A DNA stretch of 62,179 nt, filler included, from Globobulimina sp. (Eukaryota), in the NCBI GenBank assembly GCA_003354225.1. It is 17 parts of 17 records of this genome, joined end to end, with 100 filler letters (N's around TTAATTAATTAA, not from the genome) between each part and the next. Parts side by side here need not be neighbours in the genome. Positions count along the whole stretch, not along the records: positions 47,633 to 51,194 come from PIVH01002505.1; positions 51,295 to 54,856 come from PIVH01002506.1; positions 54,957 to 58,518 come from PIVH01002507.1; positions 58,619 to 62,179 come from PIVH01002508.1; 13 more parts are not named here. One strand, written 5' to 3'. Made by a program: the position numbers and the translations under genes. Positions within the stretch are counted from its first letter, which is position 1. Every line of letters begins with the position of its first letter. The notes beneath the pieces were generated by a model, which saw nothing but the letters and a program-made list of their open reading frames with translations, was not told where the DNA came from and made no database searches. Below, in pieces: positions 48,903-60,822 of the stretch.

Positions 48903-50209
48903 TTAACCATTCTTTATGCCACCACTTCCAGTTACAGAGAAGTGGGCATCTCTTTGCACAAATATAAGACCCATCAGAGTTCGTGGCGTTTCTTTGTTAA
49001 ATCCAATTTTAACAGCCAAATCAGTTGAATCGAAAATGTTATTTATTGCAAATAGTCCATACTGTCCTGTAAAATCTTCTCCAGTTAGGCCTAGACTTCG
49101 CCCTGTACGAAATCCATCTGAGGTCACTTGAACCAATCCTGCATACGATCTGGCAGCATTCTTATTTGGAAAGTCAGGTTCATAGGCTTTGTGCTGAATT
49201 GTGTCATCGTTATTGGAATAGAATTGAACATAATTCACTCCATATTCTGCTGCAGGGAAAATCATTGGATTATTTTCCCAATTGAACCCTTCAATGCTAT
49301 CTGGTTCGCATATAGCAAAGAATGCTCGTTGTGGTGCAGGACCCCATCCAGTGCTGATTGATCGCATAAATGTGGAACCTTTTGGTATTTCGAATCTGTG
49401 CATGGTTGTCTGGATGTAAGTGTAGTCAACCATATTTCCATTGAGAGATTTATGTAACTTTTCAAGGACTGAATCATAAAACAGGACACGTCGCACATTC
49501 AGTTTGCAGGAATGGACGATGATGTTGTACTTTTCTTTCACATCTTTTGACCGAATGAGGCAGTATGAGGGACTGCTGCGCCTCATTTTTACTTGCAGGG
49601 TAACATTTGGCAATAGCAAGCGTTTCGTGGTAAATACATCATGGTTCAACCGTCCAAAGAGCTTGACCCGTTTGCTCCCTTCTATATATTTGTGACGAAT
49701 CAAGGGATTGGCGGCAGGGTAATTGTAATCCTTCAACCAAATGTTGGTCTCTGACAAAACATTGTTTTGAAAGTTGGTGTCGTAATCCAAAAGATTATGC
49801 AACAAAGCAGTTTGCGGGTGTTGCGCCAGGACGTTTCCCACTTGGGCTCCATTAATTAGCACATCAACATTGGAAAACATTGAATTGAAAAAGTCATTGC
49901 TCGGTTGAATCTTCTGTTCATCGTCATCAGTTAAAGGTTGTCCATTTTCTTTGACGACTTCAAAGTCAACTTCGACGAAACAGCTACCAAGATCTGTGCC
50001 AAGTTCAATGGAAGCAGGAACATTGAAGTGCATTCGTTGTGGATCTAAATTGAAAAATTAAAACATTATGTTTAAATTTAAACTTTTAACTTACCACTAG
50101 GTGTTAAATCCTGGTATTCCTTGAGAAAACTTCGCTTCACTGACTCATGTTCATTTTCTGCTGACAACACATCGAACAAATCATCTTGGCCACGCGAACG
50201 TTTTACCAT
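48903..50209 (-). CDS. Polinton/Maverick (adintovirus-type) double-jelly-roll major capsid protein homolog; exons 50209-50095 and 50044-48903 (418 aa)
   Basis: Resembles the F54H12.2-like Maverick capsid family: PSNDFFNSMFSNVDVLING, HPQTALLHNLLDY, LFGRLNHDVFTTKRLL..VTLQVKMRR, LNVRRV, PQRAFF, NPMIF, YEPDF..ARSYAGL, GLFAI. Intron GTAAGT..TTTAG at 50094-50045, phase 1. Confidence 0.85.
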
Positions 50210-50336
50210 TTTATCTCAGAGCAAAGACAAAAAACCGCAACTCACTGAGCACAAAGTTAGTAAAAATGACAAAAAGTAAATACTTGTCATCTATATTTCA
50301 TACTTTCATGACAATTGATCATTGATAAAGTGTATT

Positions 50337-51194
50337 TCTTGTCACTTTACAAAAAATAATTGTAAATATTGTAAGTGTACAACACGTTTTACTCAAATAT
50401 ATTATAAAAACTTGTAAATTTTCGCGGAAACAATGTCTTTTGTGATAAAAATTCATGAATAGTTGTTAATTTTTGATATTCTGCCCAAATTAAATCAATA
50501 TTTTAGCAAAAGTGACATAAATTGTGAATTTAAAAGTTTATTTTCTTGCAAAACTAAACATTTTGCAAACTTTTGATTGAAAATGTATCACTTTTTATCT
50601 AAAACTCATAAAATCCTGTTAACTTCTTTGCAAAACTGCACATTTTATCAACTTTTCGGTAAAATATTACCATCTCTCTCTCAAGAAACTTGTCAAATTT
50701 TATAATAATCTTTGAAAAACGTTATATTTTATCAACTTTCTGCAAGAATTTATTCCAAATAATACAACTTTTCTCAAAAATTCACTAATTTTGCAGCAAT
50801 CTTTCTAAAAATGTTATGTTTTATCAACTTTCAACAAGATTTTATTCCAAATAAGAGAAATTTTCCAATAAAATTCGGAAAAACTTTAAAAAACACAACA
50901 CTTTTACATAAACTCATAAAATCTTGCTTACTTTCTGGCAAAACTGCACAATTTGCCAACTTTATGTAAGAAATATCACCACTTTTCTTAAAAAACTTGG
51001 TAAATTTACAATAATCTTTGATAAACGTTATGTTCATCTACTTTCAGAACGAATTTGTTGCAGTTAACATGATTTTTCTCATAAAACGCACAAAATCTTG
51101 TCACTTTACAAAAAATAATTGTAAATATTGTAAGTGTACAACACGTTTTACTCAAATATATTATAAAAACTTGTAAATTTTCGCGGAAACAATG
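50337..51194. repeat. AT-rich tandem repeat/satellite with a 759-bp period and degenerate internal sub-repeats
   Basis: 50337-50435 is identical to 51096-51194 (99 bp, at the contig end). Internal diverged copies at ~50600-50730 vs ~50909-51035 and 50721-50762 vs ~50813-50855. Confidence 0.8.
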
Positions 51195-51488
51195 NNNNNN
51201 NNNNNNNNNNNNNNNNNNNNNNNNNNNNNNNNNNNNNNTTAATTAATTAANNNNNNNNNNNNNNNNNNNNNNNNNNNNNNNNNNNNNNNNNNNNAAAATA
51301 TACTATAAACAACAACCAAAATAAAATACCCACAAATCAAAAATCATATGTAGTATACTAGTATACCAGGGAGGGGACACAGCAATTAGTTGAAGCGGCA
51401 TAATTTGAAAAATAAGAAAAAATGGAAGGTGGAAGAAAAAAACACTTTTCATCTAAAATACAGTTTTTTTTATAATTATTTATTATTT

Positions 51489-53521
51489 TTAATTGGACAT
51501 TAAGACACAAGCAAACCAAATAAAAAAACTACATAAATACATTGGCTCATATAGATAACTCTTGGATGGATTATAAAGAGGTGCTGCTGTTGTCTGTGCT
51601 TGTGTTTGTGGCGCTGTTGTCGGTGATTGTGTTTGTGGCGCTGTTGATTGTGTTTCTGTCGTTTCTGGCATTCCTGTTCCTGCCGTTCCTGTCGTTCCTG
51701 TTCCAGTCGTTGGTGTTCCAGTCGTTGATGTTGGCGTTTCTGTTGTTTGCACTGTTCCGTCAACATACATACATCCAATATTTTCAAATTGCACATTTCC
51801 AGTTACAAATGTATTTGAAACCGGCCATGTTTCAAATCGTTGAATAACTGCTTCCCCAAAAACAGAAACAATTTTCAACTCAAACGGTTCCACCAATTCA
51901 GGCAAACCACTCGAACCAAATTCATTCCATTGCGACCTATCCAAAGCAAACCAGCCATCATTTGCTTGATATGCCCAATTAGCACCGTAACCTTTCACAG
52001 ACGCAAACTCAATCGGTACGACATGATCCCATATACAAAACTCAATGAAATAGTGATCAATTCCACCCACTTCATATCCTAAATATGTCCTAGTCAATAC
52101 ATCATCAATTGGACAGGCCACCGGTGTAACGTTCACATAATTTGGCGAGCCAATGCCTGTAAAATATTCATTATGCAATTCAATATCACTGCTTGTTGTA
52201 TCTGTAACCTTTACAACCACAGATTGTCCATAACTGGTTACATTTAAACACATTCCACACCATCGGACATCAAATGAATTGGCATTAAATAAGGATTTGC
52301 TGATTGCATTCCATAATTTAACTGCATTTGTACCTACTGCATAATTAGGGTTATACGCGCAGTACGGATCAGAGCTAATAATATTACCGGATATACATCG
52401 TTGATCACTGTATATATCACACCAGTCACCAGATACTGTTACATGCGGTGTAGTTGATATAGGGACAATGGGTGATGTGGTTGGTTGAGGTACGGATGGA
52501 GAGGTTGTAGGATATTGTGAAGGAGAGGTCGATGGCACGGGCGCTGCTGTTGGCGATGCAACCATACATCCCGTATTTGAAAATTGTACAGCTCCTGAAA
52601 CAAATGTGTCTGCTACGGGCCATTCCGCAAAGGTTTCAATTACTTCTTCACCAAAAACGGATATAATTTTCAACTCAAAAGGTGCATGGAATTCTGGTAA
52701 AGAATTAGACTCAAATTCATTATACATTGACCGGGTAAGCTGCATTAACATTTTTTTTTATATTATTTGATCAGTATACAAAAACTGCAGAAGATGCACA
52801 TACCGCAAACCAACCGTTATTTGCTGTATATGTCCAACTCGCAGTTTGACTCTTTACAAATGCAGACTCAATGGGTACCACATGATACCATACCACAATC
52901 TCAAGATAATAATGATTGATACCACCGAGTTCATAATGAAAATAAGGCAGAGTCAATGCATTGTCAATGGGGCAGGGAATGGGCACAACAGTGACATTGT
53001 CAGTATCCCAATCCATGTCAAGGCCAAGAGAGTCATAGGTATCAATTTGCATTTCCATGTCATAGCTGGTTGGGTGATCTACCAATTTTACAATCAATGA
53101 TGATAGTTTTGGTGCTGATGCAGGACCAGCAAATCTTGTGACTTCTAAACACATCCCACACCAACGGACGTCCCAATTAGAATTTGCTGTTCCTAAATCG
53201 AATAATCCTTTAATTTAATTATGTTTTTAAAAACAACTACGTATATATATATATATATATGTATATAGCAATAGAAATGTACAAACCGTTATCCATTACG
53301 TTCCAAAATTTTAATGTGTCGGAAGGGAAAGCTTGTGGACCAGGAACTGCATAATGTGGATGGAAGCCACAATATGGATCTCCGTCTGCCCATGTTGGAT
53401 TGTCTAAATTTTGTGCGCAATGTTTCATTTCGAAACCCGTTGAACACCATTCTAAGTCGGCATCATTTATGATTGGAAATAATATAATTAATATTGCAAG
53501 AAAGAGCTTCACAAAAGACAT
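51489..53521 (-). CDS. Secreted, probably GPI-anchored protein with two tandem expansin-like (DPBB + CBM63-like) modules; 3 exons
   Basis: Introns 53286-53208 and 52803-52740 make the two repeats colinear (DPYC..P.YAV; DVRWCGMCL.VT; V.CPID; HVVPIE.A.VK; GWFAL.RS..NEF; PFELKI.SVFGE). Signal peptide, S/T/P linkers, hydrophobic C-terminus. Confidence 0.82.
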
Positions 53522-53749
53522 GGTATATTGGTCAGTTACAGTCTACTAAGTTAGAAAACAGTATTTGAAATTAGTGCAAGGATAGTAAAAAAACACAAAT
53601 GACCAAACAAAATTAAAATACTTTTTAGAGATAAATCCAACAATATCAAAATGATAAAATTTGTTGCCACATACATGTGTACATTTATTTAGTGTGTCAA
53701 CAAATTTTATTTTTATTTATTGATTTTATTCTGTACATTTATTTACTAA

Positions 53750-54367
53750 TTAATTTGTTGTCGCATTGTCCAATGGCTGGTGGACAGATGGCGGATAGAC
53801 ATAATTGAATTGTTTATAAAATTGATAGGCCATTGGTATAAATATAAGCAACTGGACGTACAACGCAAATAAAGTATAATAACACAAACTATCTGCATAT
53901 GTACAATGAATATCATCATTTGTAAAAAAAGAATTCGAACCCCATACACAAAACTGGTACAGATTTACAACAGCAATGATTATTGAAAAGCCTTTCATTG
54001 TTCCATTTGAAAATATTGTATGTCCTGCGAACTCACCAACACATTTAACTAAATAACAAGGACATAATGCAAATGCTATAATAATAAGTATTAAATGATA
54101 CATATTATTCACATCAAGTCCTGGCGAATTGTCATGCATTCCCAACGACGCCATCAGGGAACTCATGATGCTGCCCATTCCCACCCATAGGATAGTCACC
54201 ATTTCATATGGCATTCTATTGCTTAGATCCCACACATTACTTGGCTTTGGATACGACTGTATGCTCGACATACTACAAGGTTTAAAGTTTTTTCTCAATG
54301 CAGATAAATAAGGTGTTGTGTATGCAGATAAAAATTTAACATTCATGGATTCGATTAGAGCTTTCAA
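53750..54367 (-). CDS. Hypothetical ~4-TM membrane protein; start uncertain
   Basis: Four hydrophobic segments; VWGSNSFF..C..LCYY pattern. Confidence 0.55.
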   Translation of the reverse strand: MKALIESMNVKFLSAYTTPYLSALRKNFKPCSMSSIQSYPKPSNVWDLSNRMPYEMVTILWVGMGSIMSSLMASLGMHDNSPGLDVNNMYHLILIIIAFALCPCYLVKCVGEFAGHTIFSNGTMKGFSIIIAVVNLYQFCVWGSNSFFTNDDIHCTYADSLCYYTLFALYVQLLIFIPMAYQFYKQFNYVYPPSVHQPLDNATTN

Positions 54368-54956
54368 GTGATCTGCTTATCGTCTTCTGGTGATGAATAT
54401 TGATAATTAATCGGTGGAGATGGAGTGATGATAATTATTTTACGACTATTATAATTCGACATTTATAGTTTTGCAACATGTGCGAAAATGCACTTGCGCC
54501 ATTTACACGAATACTTTATACTTACATCACATGATAAAAACAGCTAATTGCACAGCGATTGATGGTGTACAAACCTTTTAAATAAAATCAATTGTCGTTT
54601 GCTTTAATCACGTGATTCAAGTCAAGTCATTTTCAATCTTTGATTTATTAATTCGCGATATTGCACAGTACGCATTACGCAAAATTCATAATTTCATATT
54701 TTTTCATAATTTCATAAATTATTAAATTATTACATTTTCAGTTTTTATAACAACAATTAAGTTGTACGAAATTTCATATACAATTCTAAATATAACTTTT
54801 TTGTTTGAAAAAAGTTATTTTTTTTGTCATCCATAAAAGGCAGTGATGAGTGCAAANNNNNNNNNNNNNNNNNNNNNNNNNNNNNNNNNNNNNNNNNNNN
54901 TTAATTAATTAANNNNNNNNNNNNNNNNNNNNNNNNNNNNNNNNNNNNNNNNNNNN

Positions 54957-55255
54957 ACATCCAATACATTGCTTGTTGCACAGTGTGCAATTTTAGGAAT
55001 GACATCGAAATGAAATATAAGATGGAAATACATAAATATAATGCTTATAATATCAGAGGGTATGAGAATTAAACGGCAATATGCTATGATCAAAAACATG
55101 GAATCGTATCGTTTTGTGGTTTCATTCACTTTGTTAACATATGTTTGAATTGTTACTTTGGAATCATTTGTTTCTTTGCTTTCTGTGTTTAAAATGGTTT
55201 TGTTTGGTTGCTTATCAGTGTGCTCATTCTTAAGTGAACTTTTGCTTGAACCCAT
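54957..55255 (-). CDS. 5' fragment of a hypothetical protein with possible N-myristoylation and IPxDI motif
   Basis: MGSSKSS start; IIAYCR..IPSDIISIIFMYF; cut by the contig end. Confidence 0.55.
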
Positions 55256-55616
55256 GACTATAATATTAGGATTAGGATTTTTTATTTTTACTCGTTTTTT
55301 GCTGATGAATTATCATATAATTGCATTAATAGACTATTCAAAAAACAACATTATAATCCCAGTAGCAAACACAACAAAAACAAAAGTAAACATTTGGGCA
55401 AAATCGATCACAAACCTTAATTAAGACTGAAAAAAAAAATTAATTTGGAAAAAAAAAACAAAAAAAATAAAATTACATTGTATTATATAAGTATTGGTTC
55501 ATTTGGGTGTGAAATTTCAAAAACAAATATCCAAAGATAAAGAAATAAATAATTGTTTTTCAAAAAAAAATAAAATAAAATAAAATATTCAACAATAACT
55601 GAATAATTACAATTTA

Positions 55617-57730
55617 CTACTTTTCCGCATCGGCCTTAGCGACATTCTCGGAAAGTTTATATATGTCATCTTCTGTAAAGCCTTCGTGATCGGCAAACTC
55701 CGACAAAATATACTTTTGTAGAATATGGTCGTCGGCAATCTCCCGATATGGCTCTCTCGCATAAATCAAAATATTATCGATCTGTTTGCTCATTTTGGTC
55801 AAATGGTCGAATACCACGCCGCCACAGCCACTAAACTCCAGAGTGCTGCTCCTCATTTGTTCCCTCATCATGCGCTCCTTGAACCTCTCTTCCGTTTGGA
55901 TCAAGTCTTGCAAATAAATGCCAGTGTACGGGATCATCGGCGTATGCCGCTCCTTATGCAAATTGCGCAAATTCAACATATTATTCGCAGTCACAAAGTA
56001 ATGTTTGATTTGCTCGAAGCGCCCCTTCCGTTTTCCGGGTACGTGTTCCCAGGCAGTCTCCAATGAGTATATAGCCGACGACGTGATGGCGCCGTACACG
56101 GCACACAGAGACTGGAAGTTATTTAGGCCCAGCAACACATCCATGATCTTGATGAACTTCTTGATCATTCGACCTCTTTTCTTGACATCCTTGCAATGCA
56201 ATATCGTGATTTGTACCCAGCGGCTGATACAATTGAAGTGGTCGATTAATTGACATAAATTGCCGGCTAACTCCAGTCTGTCCTTACATTTCCAGGCTTG
56301 GTCAATAAACTCGCGCCGTCGGACCCGTTTGAACGCCTTGAAGGTCATCAAAGTGATTTGCTCCGCAATCTCCTTATTTTTCACCTTGCTCTGAAAGTCC
56401 TCTTTCAACGGCAATATTTCCGGCAAAAACATTTCGCGGATTTTGGCACTGCCTCGCAACGAGCTGCCCAACTGCGCCATGGCCGAAACCGGATGCTTTT
56501 TCTGCTGAAATAGGCTGCGATGCGACATACTGCTCACGATATATTCGCTAGATTTGGGCGCCTCCTTCTTTTGCTTAAACAGCGTTTTCTCGATCTTCTC
56601 CGCTAAGCTCTTATATTTGGAGGGATTCGACACATAGTATCGCCGGATTATGTTATTGTTGTTGTCCTCTTTGTCCTCTTCCATATATATCGGATCTTCC
56701 ACAGTGATTCGACTGTCTTCCATCTTGTTCAAACTCGTCTGTTACAGTGTTGTTTATAGTAAATTGATTTTATTTTAGTTTAGAAGCATTGTATACAGAT
56801 ACTGAGAGTGTGAGGTACCATGCTATGGTCTCGCGGGTCAGTCGAGGACGTGATGGGTGTCATGTTTTCAGTCACTTCCTTGTCTTCGCGCTCTTTCTCT
56901 TTCTCGTCGGATTCCTTACTGATGTTTTTGTGCCGTTTGAAGATCGGGTTCTCGTGCAATTGCAATGCACATTTCTCCTCGGTCTTGTTTGCTTTTTCTG
57001 TTTCTGCGTCTTTCTGCTCAGTCTGCGACAATATGTGGTTGTTATGCATGTTGTTGTAGTCGCAGATATTGCGGATCATCACTTTGATACTGTCCACATC
57101 GTTGATGATGTAGAATAGATTTGCATTTTGAAGCGCACTTTGCTTGCAATTGCCGTTATTTATATGGCTATAAATAAATAATTCGTTGCTCGGTATATAC
57201 ACTGTATTATCACTGGGATTTAGCATAAATATGTTGATATGCTCTTGCTTTTCATCGTGTGGTGGTATATTAGCACCGCTATACACCGCTGTCTTGGTCT
57301 TCTCTTCTTTGCTATGCATGTCGTGGATGGGATGTATTTTAGTGGCGATCAGATCCATTTGTTCCGTCTTCAAACTGCCTGTATGGGTATGCTGTGATTG
57401 TGAATTGGCGCCGTCACTGATCAACGGCATGGCTTTCGTAGCGGCACCGTTGCCATTTGCATTCGAGACATGCAACGGATTGCTATTCACTGTAAAACCC
57501 GTCTGTCGCTTGTAATTATTCTCAATCTTTGCATGGTGATAGGATTTGATGTTATTATTGTGGATATTATTCAATTTGTGATAGATATTATTATCTTCGT
57601 CATTGAATTCGCGGACGGCTACTTTGCGTAAAGGCGATTTGTGGAATCTTTTGACATATTGGCGGTCCAAATAAGCAAACTCCGCTACGAGTCCTTCGTG
57701 GCGACAACAACGATAGAATCCATCTCGCAT
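55617..57730 (-). CDS. RasGEF (CDC25-domain) protein; 5' structure uncertain
   Basis: EIAEQITL, FNCISRWVQITIL, IKKFIKI, LNNFQSLCAVYGAI, PMIPYTGIYLQDL. Intron 56818-56739 (phase 0) links the upstream exon. Confidence 0.88.
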
Positions 57731-58618
57731 TCCAATAATAAATTAATTGTCGGATAATAATCGGAACCAATTTATTAGCAACCAATTCCGGACCGCCATA
57801 CGCCGTCGTTCTGAGAATATTATATTTTTTACATTCACAACACAAAACAAAGCAAAACAAAACAAAACATAATCAAAACGTATCTGAGTTAAATTAAATT
57901 AATTCTCTCCAGGTGACATGATTTAATAGGCTTTTGAGAAACTAAGCTTGGCATTTTCTGGCATGTACAAATAAATAAAAGGGAAAATAATTATAATTAT
58001 AATTTGATGATTATGCAATTGCAATCACTTTAATTGTTGTAGCTAGCTAGCAGCAGCAGGCCAGCAGCTTGCTCGCTATTTTTGTTTTTTTCTATTTATT
58101 TAAATATATAAATTACAGATTTGAAGAGAAAATATAGATATAAAGAAAAGCCATCTACCAATTTTTAATAAAGAATAAAATAAATAAATATCCAAATCAA
58201 TCCATAAAATTACGTTGTCGAGACAGCCTCAGCCGAATTAGGGAACCGGTCAGGCACTGAGTTATAAAGACACGAATAGGCATGACCCACATTTCGAATC
58301 TAGTTACTGTCAGTATGCCGACAACGTGTATTTTGGCCAACGACGGTTGATATTTGAACCAAAACACGTATCCGTAATATTTGCACCAAAAACCCATTTT
58401 ATAATGAAAAGCCATGCGGCATTAATTCAAAGTGTACGAAAAAGTAAGGTGTTAGTTATATGTGAAGGTTTTGTCTGTAAAAATGTTTACATTTGGTATC
58501 TACAAACAATATTAACTANNNNNNNNNNNNNNNNNNNNNNNNNNNNNNNNNNNNNNNNNNNNTTAATTAATTAANNNNNNNNNNNNNNNNNNNNNNNNNN
58601 NNNNNNNNNNNNNNNNNN

Positions 58619-60624
58619 TCTCTGGGATAAAAATCATCATTGCATGCTTCAGAGGAATATGCGCCATTTTCCAATAACAATCTGATAATTTGAGTCGGAC
58701 ATAATTTATTTTTGCATGCTATGTGCAATGGCGATTTCCCATAAATGTCCACTTCAGAAACAATGTTTTGTGCGTTGTAGGTCTCAAATAACAGCGTTGC
58801 CATTGAAATTTGGTTCTGTTCATACTTTTCATTGTAACCCACCATCAATGAGTGCAATGGCGTTTGTTTCAACTTATTTTTCACAAATAATTGGTCACTG
58901 CCTGTCCCATTATTCAATAAGGAGAGCATCACAGATTTATTACAATGTGAACATGCAATATGTAACGGCGTATCCCCTGTCTTCTCAGTGGCCATTCTGT
59001 ATATATTTGTATCATTAAATTGTACACAACAACGTTTTTTCCATTGTGTACGTACAGACCTTGTGTCAAAACCCAATTTGATTAAAAATTTAATATTTGT
59101 GCCAACATTTTGCAATTCAGGATTTTTACAGATTTGATGCAAAATATTGAGTCCACCCTGCGATTTATTGACAATATTCGTTATTTTTACACTTTGTTGG
59201 CAGAGGAATTGCAACAACAAAATGGGATTATTATCGGCAGAAAAATCCACATTATTTGCCCATTCCACATATTCTTCATTTTCCATTTTCTTTCCAAAGT
59301 CTATAATTTCTTTGGCCGATTCAAAATCATTTCGTTGTAAATATGCGAAAATATCATATTCGTTCTCGCCAACACTATTTCGAGCATTTTTATTCCATCG
59401 CTTACTATTTTTAAACAAGTAATAAATGAATGGATACAGCACAGCGGCGACCATACAATAAACAGTCAAAACAATGCCAAGCAAATCACCGCCAAACACA
59501 AAAGGAATATTATTTGCCTCCGCCACCAAAACAAACAGCAAAATATATACTATATTGGCGGCAATGCGCCATTTAAAACATTGGCACTCGCTCATCCGTT
59601 GTCGCTTTCTTTCCTCCTCTTTGCGTTGCACTTCCTCCATATCCACATTCAGCGACACCTGCAACTCGTTGGTCATCCGCAATGTGGCCGGAGTCACTGG
59701 CCGCGATTTGTTGCCATATTCATCATCTTCGACATCCACCTCTTTGTTGTGCACAAAGGAGATATGCAATATCACTGCGATTAACTCCTGCAAACGGTGC
59801 ATTTGCTTGGTATAAAATGCTAAATAGGCGATGATGAAAAATTCAATGCAAATAATAAAAAGCAGCCCGGTGAAAGTTATAGTGATCCACAACATGGATA
59901 ATATGATAATCCGTAAGGAAATGTCGACAAATCGGAACAAAACATGCGTCAATATCTGTTGTACAGTTTTCTTTTTGCGATAGCCGTCAGACGTTAATAA
60001 CATATCTTTTTCGTACACTGCGCGTATCACACAATAGAGGTTGAGCATAATCGCAAATATTAGAATGTACATGAAACTGTTATGGCTTTTTAAAGGCTGC
60101 GTGATTAAGAATATTAACTGGACGGTGGCTTGCGACCAACTTTGGAACATTGCGTTTAAATAATTGATATATTGGACAATGCGACTGGGATTATTACGCG
60201 TTTTCTTTTTATAACCTTTTAATAGCTGATAGAGAATGGTAATATCAATGATTTGAAAGAGCGATTTGCGGATTGAATGCGAAAGGCGCCAAATTAAAAT
60301 GGCCGAAGCAAATCGGTACAGACTGAAGGACAGCAATGAGATCACTGCCATTGCCATTAATTCGTGCTGTTGCTTCTTCCAATTCGACAGTGCCAAATCA
60401 ATCAAAAATAGCATCACTGAGAAATTAAATGCCTGCGTTATAATATGGATAAATATGGAGAGGATCATCCATGACTTCTCTTTGTATAATGTGAAATATG
60501 AACAGTAGGAAATTGATTCTTGCGCTGCTTGTTTAGGTTTTGCGTGATATAATGCCCAGCCTATCATGGTTACACCAATTAAACTGGCTATGTAAGCGCA
60601 TAAGTAAATGATCAGAGACGTCAA
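58619..60624 (-). CDS. Multi-TM protein with C-terminal ankyrin repeats; 3'-truncated, start uncertain
   Basis: Several TM helices including NAMFQSWSQATVQL, then GLNILHQIC, GDTPLHIAC, QTPLHSL, GKSPLHIAC..LLLENGA. Confidence 0.82.
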
Positions 60625-60822
60625 TTCTATGCGAGCACTGTTGTATGTGCATGTTGTTGGCGGTGGTGTTATTTAGCAGATTGTGAGGAATTCAGAGGAA
60701 ACATACAGCAGTGACTTCTCTCCAGCGGACATGATCTGCAATTGCAAGTTTTAAAAACTCTCCAACTTCAAAAGTTAAGTGTTGAAGCAATGTTACTCTG
60801 AGATAGAAGATAAACGTTAAAC

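Noticed and set aside
58197-58518. Coding-like stretch at the contig end
   Set aside because: No start codon or recognisable domain, and the strand could not be determined.
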